Positions 35,383 to 48,329 are shown, numbered from the whole stretch's first letter. The stretch: DNA of 62,942 nt, filler included, from Olpidium bornovanus S191 (GCA_017911155.1; 29 parts of 29 records of this genome joined end to end with filler, not necessarily neighbours in it), one strand, 5' to 3'. The notes: a model not told the origin generated them from the sequence alone. Translations and numbers: made by a program.

Positions 35383-36574
35383 CATGACCCTCAAAGCAAG
35401 GGATGTACGCCTTTCCCTTCTTGACGGTGTCAATGTCGACGGCCAGGCGCTTTCCGTAGTAGGAAACACGCACCCAGACGGGTCCCACGGGGTTGCGGTA
35501 ATCCCTCCAACAACTGCCGAGTTTCAGCTGATCTGCGTTTGAACTTTTCGCCAGCTCTTTGTTTCCATCATTGATCACGCTATAGACCAGAGGGCTGTTT
35601 CGCTAACACGTACGAGGCGGGCAGATGACCCAGCATACGAAGAAATTCTTCTTTGGTGACTTCGGGCGGCAGCTTTGGGGGAAGTCGAAAACAGCAATAT
35701 TGGGCACATACCTTGGCCTTCTCGTCGTAGGTGTCAAAGAAGATACCCACGCCATCCCATTTGTCCTTGCTCCCAAATATCGGCCCCTCCTGCCCCCGGT
35801 CCTTCGTGTACCAGAATGCAAGACCCTCACCACCAGCGGTCCCACGTCCCGACGCCCTGAACGAGAATTCGACTTCCCATTCCGGATGCTTGTTGGGATC
35901 TCTGCGGGGCCATCACCGACGGACTGAGATTAATTTTCGTAAGGCATAACCATATGAGCAAGGCGAGAAGCGTACTTTGCCCAAATCGAGCCTTTAAGTC
36001 CGGGGACACTGGCGGCCAGCCGTATGTACTCCTCCGATGGGATTGCGTCTGTATGCCAGTGGCGGAACGGAGACAGTACATCAAGTGGTGAAGTAAGCAC
36101 AGTGCTCGACTACCTCGTGTGCGGTAGCCGGCCACAAAGAAAAACGTGAGAAAACTTTGTTTAGCGCGTCCTGCCTCGACTCTAGATAACCTTCTTGGAG
36201 AAGACTCGCCAATTTGAGGGTGTGCCCTCATGTTGTGTCTTCCTTCCTTCCGCCATTCTCTGTTCCCCACCTTATTCCACCCTCAGCCCCCGGCACTAGC
36301 ATCGCCGTTGGTTTGATTCCTTTTTTTCTTCTTCCACGTACATACTTCCGAAAGTCTCGAAAAAGGGGATCGAATTATTGAAGTAGTATGGCTGCTTGAA
36401 CGTGAGCCTGTAGTCGTGCCTTCGGTGCGGCCGCTGCTGGGTGTCGGCAGCAGTTGCGGGCGCCGACAACCCAAGCCCCTTGGCGTCCACTCCCGACGCT
36501 CCTGCAAACGCTAAGAGGTAAACCCCCGCCGTGAAACTTCCGGTCCAGCCTGCGGCCGGAGACGCGACCCGCAT
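35383..36574 (-). CDS. Legume-like (L-type) lectin cargo receptor, VIP36/ERGIC-53/Emp47 family, 3' truncated
   Basis: Signal-peptide-like start, HRRHDYRLTFKQPY, YIRLAASVPGLKGSIWAK, WEVEFSFRASG...GGEGLAFWYTKDRGQEGPIFGSKDKWDGVGIFFDTY and GSCWRDYRN. Confidence 0.93.
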
Positions 36575-37518
36575 GATTATTTTCTTTTTTCCCAGTGCAG
36601 GTTTGGTCGCGGGGGTTGGGCCCGGGGGCGGGAGTTTCTCTTTGCGGGCACGTGTGGTGTGGTAAAGGTGGGATTTTGTCGAGCCGAGAAGACGCACGAC
36701 GCACCGAGAGAATTTTTGGAGAGGGAATAAGGCAGCTGCTGTAGAACGAGAAAACTGTCTTTTCTACAAGGATTCAGCCTTTTTATATGCGAATCCCACA
36801 GTCTCACCAAAGCTCGGGCGTTTAGCTTTTAAGTGGGTCTCTGTGGTGTTGCTTCAATTTCCCAGGTCGTGGCATGGGCCGTGCACGGCTGGTACGCATG
36901 CGCTCCTCATTTCCGCACACTCCGCCTCACTACGAGATCTACGCTGTCTAGCGGCGAGTTGAACTTTGGCAACCTCCTTTGGAGTTCTCGTCCTCGGGCA
37001 GAGTTTCATTGAGCTTGCGTTCACACGGTCACACGGCCGTCTGAGGATCTCGCGTTCACGGCGCGACCGCGACTCTTTCGCGGAACTTCGTAAATTTCAT
37101 ACTAGCGAGCGACTCAGCAAGGTTGTCCGCAAGGTTGCCGCTGGCTGGACGATCCGTACTTCGATGGTTTGCTCACCGGCACACTATCTGGGATGGCGGT
37201 ACTTTATGTTGATATGTTTTCACTTTTTAGATAGTTTGCCATCAGATGCAATATCGACTCCTCCTGTTTTGTCGATCATCAACTGTGTTGGCCTCAGGAT
37301 TGCTTCAGGACCCCAAATTGTCGACAGTGAAACTGACGCGGCCGCAATCGGATCGGGTCCGAGCGGCAGGGAGGGCAGNNNNNNNNNNNNNNNNNNNNNN
37401 NNNNNNNNNNNNNNNNNNNNNNTTAATTAATTAANNNNNNNNNNNNNNNNNNNNNNNNNNNNNNNNNNNNNNNNNNNNGACGACCGAAAGTTTGCGAATT
37501 GCTGGAAATCCACTTCAG

Positions 37519-38457
37519 GTGGCAATCTCGTATCAACAGCTCTCAGACTCCGATCTGGAGAAATTGCCACTCGAGTGCCTCTCGGACGACGGTTACATGT
37601 TTATTTGGACTATCAACGCTAAATACGCTTTAACTCTTCACTTGTTAGAGCATTGGGGCTACGAGTAAGTAGAGGCATTACTCACAGTAGTTCCTGCCTG
37701 GCTGCGCTTTCTTGCTGACGTTTGGATGCTGGCATGCAGATACATTGATCAGATCCAGTGGATAAAGAAGGCCAACCGCACGCGGCGAATAGCGAAGGGT
37801 CACGGTTTTTACCTTCAACACGCGAAGGAAACGCTAGTTATTGGCAGAAAGGTGTGGTCCTTAGAAAACACGCGCCATGATTAGCAAACACGAAATAATG
37901 CGCCTGTTGAAAGAGTCTGCGCGGTTCGTGTTGCTCCGTTCGCGAATACGCGTTCAATTTGACAGGGCTCGCCAAAACCGACTGATTTGTGCATCGGAGA
38001 TTATCTGTTCGCTCGACGTACCGGCCAAAGCTCTAAGCCGCCGGAACTTTATGAGATAATTGAAGCGCTCATTCCAAACGGTGTGTACTCCGTCGTCAGA
38101 AATTTGCGCGTATTTGGTAAATATTTTCTAATCTTCGCGACTGCCATGCGCCACCGATTCCTATGCTGATGGCAGGCAAATACCTCGAGATATTCGGACG
38201 ATTGGTGAGCGCCCTTTGCTTTTCTTGTTCACGCGCATTTTGCTTTTGCCTGAGCTTCTTGTCATGGTGTGCCTAATTCTCCGCCCAACCTCCATCAAGA
38301 ACAACGTGCGGGACTATTGGGTACGTCCGCTTTTTGAGAGGATAGCGAGCTAATCGATCCTGACTCTTTCGCCTGCTGAGCAAGATTTTTCTCGCTTCCG
38401 CCCCGTTGCCGGCTTCAGGTCACCATCGGTAACGAACTGGGTGGCAGCCTGGAGTGA
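37519..38457 (+). CDS. AMT1: MT-A70 family N6-adenine methyltransferase, AMT1/MTA1 clade; 3' part (exons 37519-37664, 37740-37851, 37966-38080, 38176-38204, 38300-38320, 38419-38457)
   Basis: VAISYQQLSD...DGYMFIWTINAKY...WGYEYIDQIQWIK...IAKGHGFYLQHAKETLVIGRKG...RRTGQSSKPPELYEIIEALIPNGKYLEIFGRLNNVRDYWVTIGNEL. As I know the family, INAKY and AKGHGFYLQHAKE mark AMT1 rather than METTL3/IME4. The DPPW exon lies beyond the contig start. Confidence 0.9.
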
Positions 38458-40013
38458 GACGTCGACCGTGTTGCAGTCAGTGGTAGACGTGGATAAGTTA
38501 CAGCACACAAATCGCAGCCTCGTAATATCTTTCATGCTTTTATTTACATGGGGTATCGCAAGACTCACGAACGTCCGATGCTTGACCCAAAAGCTTGTCT
38601 CGACGGCACGCTGACGCGGAAGCGTCAGCGTGCCGGGGCGTGTCAGCGTGAGAGCGTGCGTGACAACGTGAAGGTACAGCGCTGAAGTCGTTGGTTCGAT
38701 TGCGAACCCCGCTGGCAATTAGTTGCCGTTCCTGCGGTCGTAAAACTGCCCAGTCGGGAATCCAGATTCCCTGCGGCATTGAGGATTTTAAGGGAAAGCG
38801 AAATACTGCGCGATGTCAAACGCTCTCAGCGGCTACCTTGCCACCGTGCGCGGAAGGCCATATTTGCGTGCAGATGCTGAACCTCGCAAGTCTGGCAACT
38901 GCGCAACACCAAGTCGTCTCCCGCTTTTTTCCGCAAGGAATGTCGGATCGATAACTGCGGCGGTCACCGTAGACATACAAGCAAGGTAAAGGTACTTAGC
39001 CAGGAGAGTGTGACAGTACGTTCGAAATTCAGCTGGCAAACTCCGAAGGCCAACAACATTCGGCGACATACTACAAAGACGCCGTCCCTCACTATCTGTC
39101 GAATTAAGAGATTTTCCGTGAAGCCGGCTGCCCAGTCATTTTGCATGCGGGTTTGTTGCTTGTTCTGGGCCAACCCCTTCGTACGTCTCCTCGGCGTCTG
39201 AGTCCAGAGGTGACCATCTTACACATTCAATTAGCCGGCATGCCCACGTTCATCCTGACGTAGGATGTTTTCGGGAGAGCTCTGAAGCCGGCGTTTTCGG
39301 GGATCATCAAAAAAGGCTGTAACGAGATTTTACAGTCACAGGCCGCCAATACGGTCGAAACGCTGCTCCCACTAACGCGTCGTCGAAACGGCGAGCGTTT
39401 CCACCTACAGATTGCGGCGCTAAGCGGTTTGAGGATTGCACTGCTCAGGCCCGCGCGGGAATTCGGTTAGTGGAGTTGCGGTCGGCGGCGGCCGGGGGGG
39501 GGGGGGGGGTGGGGGGGGGGGGGGAGGGGGGGAAGGTGGGGTTGAAGAGAGCATTGTAAGTTCCAGATACATCACAAGTTCCAGTATGGCAGCATGCGGT
39601 TGCTCTCAGAGATAACTTGGCTACCAACAGCAAGCAAGGCGAACCTCGTAAAGAAAATGCCACCAGACGACGACGACCCCCAAGAAAAGCGACAGGCCGC
39701 GGAGGTAAATCCACAACATTTTTGTTTTGGGGCGGCCCGGGCGCCCCCCTCCCCCCCTCAGTACCGAGGCGGTTTACGCAGGATTTAGGGCAGCGCCCCG
39801 CCGCCGCCGCCGCCGCCGCCGCCGAAGAGACCCCTTGCGCGAGCGAGCCTTGGCGAAAGTCTTCCATCGCGAAAATCCCCCACAGAAAAAGTAACCAGAC
39901 CGGGGGCCCACGGGGGGAGCAGCTGATCGCGCGCGCGTTGCGCGTTCAGCGGCGCAAGTCCTCCGGAAAAAAAAAAAAACGAAAAAATCTCTCACCGTTC
40001 TCGCACGCATTTT

Positions 40014-40048
<35 letters not shown>

Positions 40049-40600
40049 CCCGCCGGCCCCACCCGGAACCCCCGGGGGGAAAACCGCGCGCCACAACCCC
40101 CCCGGGCGCCTCCGCACCCCCCGCCGTGTGCNNNNNNNNNNNNNNNNNNNNNNNNNNNNNNNNNNNNNNNNNNNNTTAATTAATTAANNNNNNNNNNNNN
40201 NNNNNNNNNNNNNNNNNNNNNNNNNNNNNNNGAGATCGGAGAGGGGGAGGGAGAGGAAAAAATAAAAAGAGCCCGGGGAGGGGCCCGCAGAGAAGGCCAC
40301 CGGGGGGAGGGCGTGCGGCCCAAACGGGGAGGGGCCCCGGGGGAGAAACTTTGGGGGTTTTTCCCGTTTTTTTTTTTTTTTTTTTTTTTTTTTCTCTTAC
40401 CGTCCGCGCTCGCAGGAAACGCAAGCCGCCCGCCGCCACACTCCACCTGCGCGAAGGCGAGAGAAAATAAAAAAAGGACGAATTAAGAAAAAAAGAACCG
40501 CATAAAACCCCCGCGCACCCGCCCTCCCCTCCCCAAACCTCACGTCCCGCGCCCGCAGCCTCGCCGGCTCAAGGGCAAGGCGTCGGAAAACGCGGCTGGA

Positions 40601-43561
40601 ATGCTTGCTGGCGCCGCAGATTCCCCCGCGGACGACGTGCCCCGCTGGGCCTCGCCGCCGTTGCCAGGCCCCGACCAGCCCGTTGCCGCGGGGGTGGCGG
40701 TGGCGGCGGCCGCCGCCGGCGGCGTCGACGACGCCAACCCGCCGCTCCCTCTTCGCCTGGAGACGTCGGGCGGATGGTCCGCCGCCGGCGAGGACCCGCC
40801 GCCTTCTGAACCGCCCACTGCAAAGCCTGAAGTGGTCCAGACCGGTTGGACCCCCGCGAGGCGCGCCAGCGCGGAAAAGCGGAATAGAAGATGCGCCGTC
40901 ATAGAGAACACGATCATCGCCGCCGACGGAGGCGGGTTCATAGGCACGACCGCGACCATCGCCGAAGGCGTCGAGGACGTGGCCTGCGCGGCGGATCCGG
41001 AGGTCGTCTCTTCCCTGAGGGTCGGTGACTACCCGGCCGCCGAACCCGTTCCTGTTACCGCGACCGAAACCGCCGTCGCCGGATCCCGGAATTCCGTCGT
41101 GGACTCCTCGTCCGGCGGCCCGCTCTCTCCGGTTGCGGTCGAGGAGGAAGCCCGCTCGGATCCTCCGCCGTCGCCTCGGTCGCTTGCGCCGGATCATAAC
41201 CCGTTGCGGTCGACAGAGGACGAAGACCTGCTCCAAACTTACTCCGCTGCTGGGCTCGCGTTTGCCGCCCCCCCCGCCGGACCCGAGACGAGCCTGAACG
41301 TGGACCTTGCCATAGCGAACGAGACCAACGAAGCGTCTCTTCCCAAGCTGAGGAAACTCAGCCGCCGGAGGTCGTCGCTGCGGCGCCCCGCGAACTTGGA
41401 AGCGGAGGACGAAGACTCTAGGGGCTCCTCTCGACCGTCCAGCCCGGTCGCGACTTCACCCACGTCTCCCCGAACGTTGTCCGCTATTTCCGCCATGTCC
41501 GAAAGCACCGCGGACGAAGGCGACGTTGGCATCAATCAGGAAGAGGCTTGCGGGGCCGCGGTCGCGTTGAAGCGAAGATTGAGTTTGAGGCTCTCGGCGA
41601 TGAGCGGTAAGTCGGGATACTTCACTTCGCGCTGACTGTGTGCACGGTTCTCCCCCCCCCCCCCCCCCTTTCCGGAGGCCTGCTTTCTCACTCTTTTTGC
41701 TCTCCGCGTAACATTTTTAGCATACAACCCGGAGACCGATTCGGACCCGACTCTGCATCGCAACTCTTCGTTCAAAGCTGGCGGGCTGAGGGGATCTTGC
41801 GCTCGAATACGCCACCAGTCGCTTAAGAATCGGCGGCAGTCGGGACGGGAATCTTCGTCAGACGCCGAGGATTCGCTGGCGAGTGGCAACAGAGACGAGG
41901 GTAAGGCCCAAATATTCTTTCCAATTTCTCGCTTCTTCGTCGGAGGGACTCCGCGGCGCTCAAATTGGTTGTTTCGTCCGATTTTAGCAGGCGATGACCG
42001 ACAAGATGAAGGGTTAAGCGGCGTCCGGTCTGCCGCGCTTGGTCACCGGAAGTCTCGCAGTTATGGCGGGCTGGATCGAGAGCGCCCGCGGAGCGCTTTC
42101 GACTGGCGCAAGCTCGCGTCAATAGCCGACCAGTCTGCAGGGTCGCTGACGGAGACCGTGATCGGCCCTGATGGCGAGCTCATCGTGCTCGGTCCGTCGG
42201 CCCTCCCTCCGCGGCGTGCGTCCGACTCCGACAGCGCGCCCCTCAATGAGAGCTGCGCGCGCCGACAGCCTTCGCCCCCTCCGAATGTCGCCGAAGAAAG
42301 CCGACATCCCCCTGAAGAGAGCCGCCAACCGCCCCCCCAGATTTTGGTCTCCGAGCCCGACCACGTGCACGCGGCGGCCAAGGACGAGGCAAAACCGTCG
42401 ACCACGCAGGCGCCGGCTGAGGACTGCACCGGCCCACAGCCCTCTTCGAAAGGCAGCGGTGATCCGAAGCTTTCGCCTTGCGCATCGCCTTTCGCATCGC
42501 CGTCCTCATCGCCTTCCGCGTCGCCTTCCGCGTCGCCTTCCGCGTCGCCTTCCACGTCGCCGAAGTCTCTGACCGGCCCTCTTCTACCGGCGAAAGTGTC
42601 CTCGCCGCCGGCGGGCGCGGAGAAGACCGGGAACCTGGCGCTTCCGGTCAGGCACGACGCCGAGAATCCAAAAGGGAAAACGCTCGGGCGGAATCAGCAG
42701 CAACAGCAAACGCTGACGACAGCGCATACTCCTTCGCCTCCGTCGTCGGCGAAGCAGAAGCTGTCGTCAGCGTTTTCGTGGTTTTTTGGCGAGGGGGATG
42801 CGGCAGCGAGTAAAAAGTCGGCCGCCGCCGCAGCGAACGTTTCGCCTCCCGCGTCGGCGTCGACATCGACTCCATCTCTCTCCGCGCCAGGCTCGTCGCC
42901 TCAAGCGAGTCAAGCGGGCGGCGCCGCCGCGGCGCCGGCGGCCTCAGACGGGAGTCCGCCGGCGCCTGCCGGAGAGTCGCCGGCGCCGGCCGGCGCTCCG
43001 ACGCCGCCCGCCCCCGTGCCCTCTTCAAAGGAGGGCCGCCACAGGAAGGCGTCGGCGGCGCTCTCTGCGCTGTTCTCGGGGCGCGGGTCGAAGTCGTCCC
43101 CGTCTTCCAAGTCGGCGGCGGATTCCGCCTCACCGGCCGGGAAGACCGGCGCCGCCCAGCAGCAGGGCGGCGGCAAGCTCGGGCTGCCGGAGCAGCCCGC
43201 CGCCGCCGGCGCTCTGATGCAACGGCTTCCCTTGCACGTGGAGCGGGCGATATACCGGCTGTCCCACGCGAAGCTGGCCAACCCGCGGCGGCCGCTCTGC
43301 CACCAGGTGCTCATCTCCAACATGATGTTCTGGTACCTCGCCCTGCTCGCGCGCCCGCAGCCGCCGAAGCAGCCGCAGGCCGACAAGCGCGGCGCGAAGC
43401 CGGGGTCGCATCACTCGGACGACGAGGAGGACGAGGAGTCCGAGGCGGAGGAGAAGCGGCGGCGGAGGAAGGCGAAGAAGGCCGAGAAGGCCGAGAAGGA
43501 CAAGAACGACAAGAAGGCCGAGAAGGAGGGGAAGAAAAAAAAGAAAGATACCCGTCACTAG
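40601..43561 (+). CDS. ZDS1: Zds1-like PP2A-Cdc55 regulator; long disordered protein with a C-terminal Zds_C domain, at least 3 exons
   Basis: QRLPLHVERAIYRLSHAKLANPRRPLCHQVLISNMMFWYLALL is the Zds_C motif. GT-AG introns near 41608-41720 and 41901-41988. Start codon uncertain. Confidence 0.85.
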
Positions 43562-44247
43562 ACCCAACTTATATTTGCGCGCCCCCGCAACGCGCCTGCA
43601 AACAGACGCACTCTCTCCCTCTGTCTCTCACACAGACACACCCACGCCCCCCTCTGTCCCTCGCCCCATCCCGTCTTGTCCCATTTTGTCGATGGCATTT
43701 ATTATTTTTTTTTTTACTCAAACTTCCATATTTTTCTTTTTTTTCCGACCTCTTCCGAATCCAACCATCCTACATTTTTGGTTTTTTTTTTTTTTTTTTT
43801 TTTTTCTTTTTTTCCTTTCCGCCTTTCCCCCCCCCCGCCCCGCCCGCACGCACGCAGATGCAGCTCCGTAGCGTACAGAATTTCGGCGGCTCTCCTGCCA
43901 CTGTCAGTGGCGACGCCCTTGAACAATATCTAAATGAGATAGGTCCCGATGCTGCAAAGAGAACCAAGAGACACAGAAGCGAAAACAAAGAACGTTGTGC
44001 GCACCCTCGCAAATTTTCGTCGCTTGGTCGTGTGCGGCGCTCACATATTCTGGGACAAGTCGACTCTCCCTATGCACATGTACGAGCCGACACCGTCGTG
44101 GCAAGACCAGAGTAGTTCCGCATCAAGGCANNNNNNNNNNNNNNNNNNNNNNNNNNNNNNNNNNNNNNNNNNNNTTAATTAATTAANNNNNNNNNNNNNN
44201 NNNNNNNNNNNNNNNNNNNNNNNNNNNNNNATGGGCGGACGGGGGGG

Positions 44248-44285
<38 letters not shown>

Positions 44286-44322
44286 AGCCCCCCCGCCCGT
44301 TAACCGCCCTAGCCGAACGTAC

Positions 44323-45655
44323 CCCCCAGCAGTCGAATGTAGTCTTGGTGATGGCGAGAACTCCCCAGGTGACCGGCCCGCTGTGAAGGCCCACCCGGAT
44401 CTCGACGTGCGGGGTGTGGTGCTTGAATAACGGCCGGTTAGCACGGCCCACGCCTCCTTCGGTCAGACTGATGCAAAAACCGGACTTCGTGAAACGCTAC
44501 CTCGTTGTAATTCTCCACGGCCACAAGGGCGGCCAACGCGAACTCCGCCGCAGCTTCCGCGTGATCTTCCCGGCTGTCAAGGCATCCCGCTGCTGGAATT
44601 TGCGAATTCCAAAGGTAAGCTTTTCGGCTTTGGAAGCAGCGTTTAGTATCACAAAGACCTTACACGCAACGTAGCTTCATCAAATCAAAATTTTTTGGTT
44701 GTCAGCTGTCGCTAATCAACCCCAACGACCCCAACAAAAACACAATGAAAACTTCCTCACCAGTCTCCGATGGTTTTGATTTTCTCAATTCCCATCTTCT
44801 TCGCTAATATGTCAAATCGGGAAAATACTCTGCGGGCAGCGGGAGTGCGCGGTTATTTTTGGAATTCGTTGGCCGGCGGCGCGGCAAATTCCGCAGTTCT
44901 CACCTGTTGAGGATCTGCACGACGTCCTCGGGCGGGAATTCCCCGCAGATCTTGCTAAATTTAACTGTCAGTCGGCCGCGTTGCGTCAGCGGCGAAGCCG
45001 GTCGGCTTATCAGAAAAGCCCAATTTCGAAAAAAAGGGTCTTGTTACCGATGTCCGCAAATATCATTGTGCAGCAGGGAATCGCGGACACGATGTTGCGG
45101 GCGCCCTTTTTGAGCGCGTCCAGGCAAAACACCGGGAGCACGTTTTCCAGCAGCGTGTTCAGCAGAATTTTTTCCTCCTGAATTTCCTTGAACGCGAGGC
45201 GGGCCTTCTCCCTGGCTTCGTACCTGCCGTTGTCGGAACGTTGGGGTGGGCCACCGGTCAGAAACGCGCGAGCACGAGCCGAGCCCGGCGGGCAGAACAA
45301 GCAGCAAAAAGCCGCTCACGAAGCGATGGCCTCGTTCAACGAGGCGCAGACGCTCAACAGCAGATCAGTTTCCTGTTTTTCCATAATGTTTTCCTTTTCT
45401 TTCGTGTAAGCTCCCGCCACGTAGTACGGCGCTTCGGGAAGAACGCCGGACACGGTTTCCGAGTCTGAGAGCGCCTGCAAGTCAAGCTCGGTGATCTTTT
45501 CCATCAACGTGGACACGGTCGTGTCTCCTTTGAATTTCAACACGGACGAAAGATCAACGGCGACCGGGGGCCGCAGCAGACAGTTGCCGTTCGGGTGCCA
45601 AATTAGGCCGCAGATCCCGTGATGCAGTTTGGCTTCCAGCAGCGTCTGGGCAAAT
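44323..45655 (-). CDS. Class III nucleotide cyclase (adenylyl-type residues), internal fragment, multi-exon
   Basis: Signalling helix EEKILLNTLLENVLP, CTMIFADI, FSKICGEFPPEDVVQILNR, FDILAKKMGIEKIKTIGD, DHAEAAAEFAL and IRVGLHSGPVTWGVLAITKTTFDCWG. Confidence 0.9.
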
Positions 45656-45949
45656 CTGTGCGGCGAGACAAACCCGCTCTTTGGGCACAAAGCAAAACGT
45701 TTCGCGTCAATTTTTGAAACCCGAGCGGCATGAAACCGACAAGACAAAAATTCCTTTTTTTTTATCGTCGCTCGCTGACGCCTTTGATAACTCGCCTCTT
45801 CGCCATCCACGCCTCGCAGACCCGTTTGCCACCTTACTCGCAGCTTGAANNNNNNNNNNNNNNNNNNNNNNNNNNNNNNNNNNNNNNNNNNNNTTAATTA
45901 ATTAANNNNNNNNNNNNNNNNNNNNNNNNNNNNNNNNNNNNNNNNNNNN

Positions 45950-46696
45950 CATGGGCGAGGTGGTGTCCCAGATGGTGTAGCCGCGGGCTTCAAACGTGGT
46001 GCGCATGCCTCCGGAGGGAAAGGAGGACGCGTCCGGTTCGGCCTGAAGCAGTTGACTCCCAGAAAAGCTGTCGATAGCGCTGACCTGGCAAAGATTTGCG
46101 GAGTAGGAGGGTGGTTTCACACGGGTAATTAATAAGCCGGTTACTCAAAATGGAATCGACGTAATTATGTAATTGAACCGATAATCACACTGAAGTGCAT
46201 CACGCAGGCGCCGGTGGCGCCCCGTCATCGACCCGATAGGCCGGCGTCGGGGTTCGCGACGGGTTTGGGCGTCTCCCGTTCTGCGGACACCGCAATCGTA
46301 ATTTTTTTTTTAGTTCCTCACCTCTTCCCCGCTGGGAGTGAAGTGGGACCGCAGGTTGAGGAACGAGTCCTGCTTCTCGGCGGTCGCGTCGGTCTGCGGC
46401 TGGAACCAGTGGGTGTAGTGGGTGGCGCCGCGGTCCATCGCCCAGGTGCGCACGGCGTGCGCGACGGCGTCGGCGGTGACCTTGTCGAGGGCCTGCCGGC
46501 CGTGGGTCTGCCTCACGAAGGAGGCGAAGACGGGCTTGGGGAGCACGGCGGACATGGCTTTCAGCGTGAAGACATTCTGGCCGAACAGCTCCGCCGGGGT
46601 CATCAGCTTTCCGTCGGGCTTGGTGGGGTACTGGAACGACCGCCCCGGGTTCCCGACGGTGCCCATGACGGCGTCCAGGCGGGCTTGGTGGGACAT
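45950..46696 (-). CDS. Glutamine synthetase type III, 5' part (2 exons)
   Basis: [13 protein letters not shown]...[39 protein letters not shown] / [38 protein letters not shown] is the GSIII N-terminal signature. One GT-AG intron. Confidence 0.95.
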
Positions 46697-47601
46697 CCTT
46701 TTCTCTTGCTGAAACGCGAAACCCGCGCGGGGAGACCGGGGAGAAAAAGGGGGGGGGGGGGGGGGCCGGAAACACGCTCAGGGCGTAGTAGGAAACTTTC
46801 CGCGCGACGGCGGCAAAAAGCCCTGAAGCCGCGGGACGACGGCCGCGGGAGACGCGTGTTCTGCAAGCGTCGCGCCGGCTTGCGAAGGGGAGGGGAAGGG
46901 GAGAGCGTAGCGGTCACCGACTCACCACCAGTTCCGGCCCTCCTCCGTTATTTGGGCAGCGGCGGTGGTCTCTCTGATTCTCGGTTCGCGCCGCGGAGAA
47001 CGGCGCGAGTGGGTGGGATGCGGGGTGGCCGGCGTTTCACGGGGCCCGCGCGCGCGCGGAGTGCTTCAATGGAGCGAGCGGGAGAGGGGAAGAGCGAGAA
47101 GAGAGAAAGCGGAGGTGGGCGAGCGGGCTGATGATGATGATGATGATGACGACGACGACGACGACGACGACGAGAGAAGGGGGTGGCACGACGCCCGTTA
47201 GGATTGTCGTTTGGGCGGGCGAAGCGGAGAGAGGGTGGCGGGGGGAACGGGGCGGATGCGCATTATTTAAGAGAACGAAAGCGAGCAAAACAACCCCCCG
47301 CCCTCTTCCCCACACCCCCAGTCCCCGTCCCCGTCCCCGACCCCGCCCACATCGACCCCATTTCTCAAGCCGCGCTCTCTCGCTCTCGCTCTCGCTCTCA
47401 CGCACACACGCGCACGCAGACCGCCGTCGAAAGCAGCGTGCCAAGCGGTAGGGAAGGAGGCGGGTAGGGAGGGAAGGGGCGGAGGTGGGCAGGCGAGGCG
47501 GAAGGAGCTGCTGGTGCTGCAGGGGACCTCGTGGGGTCGGTCGGTTGGGTCGGTCGTGTCTCTGGGGCTGCGCGCGGACGCGGGGGTGGGGGGGGGGGGG
47601 A

Positions 47602-47667
<66 letters not shown>

Positions 47668-48329
47668 GGGGGGGGGGGGGGGGGGGNNNNNNNNNNNNNN
47701 NNNNNNNNNNNNNNNNNNNNNNNNNNNNNNTTAATTAATTAANNNNNNNNNNNNNNNNNNNNNNNNNNNNNNNNNNNNNNNNNNNNCATGATAGGGACTT
47801 CGACGCCGTTGCGGGCAATGTTGACGGCGGTTTCGGGCTTGGGTCGCCAGGACAGAATTCAGGTTTACCAGATACAGAGTGCAGGGGTTGTTGCCTTCGG
47901 CACAGCGAAATTTGCGGAAATGGCTTGTCCGAACCCGATCAAAATTGTTATCACGCATATTTTTGGTAATAAATAAGTACTTTCAGCAAAACTATATACG
48001 TCTTTCTTAAAGAAACTTAAACTGCAGTTTCAGACCGCCGGATTTGGACGATGGGAAGAAGAGTCGCCCTAGTAACGAAAATGAGAAAAAGCTGAACGAT
48101 TGAGTCCCGATGCAGAGACGTTCGATTGGAAGGCATTTACGGAAAAGTTGCGAAGCGAGTTTAATTTGGAAAATGCGAATTGCAGGACGGATAGCGGTCC
48201 GAAGAAGATGCTTATTGGCCTCTGCGGCAAAATGGTGTGACGGAAGTGGCAGCCGCAGCGAGATAAATTATCGCTATAACAATTATATTGGTGTTTATCC
48301 CGTTGTGGTGTAAATCTCTGGTTGACCCC

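Noticed and set aside
47586-47686. Long poly-G tracts (also 13780-13830, 44245-44285, 55493-55590) as G-quadruplex elements
   Set aside because: They sit at contig ends or in introns, and their lengths are unreliable; poly-G is a known sequencing artefact.
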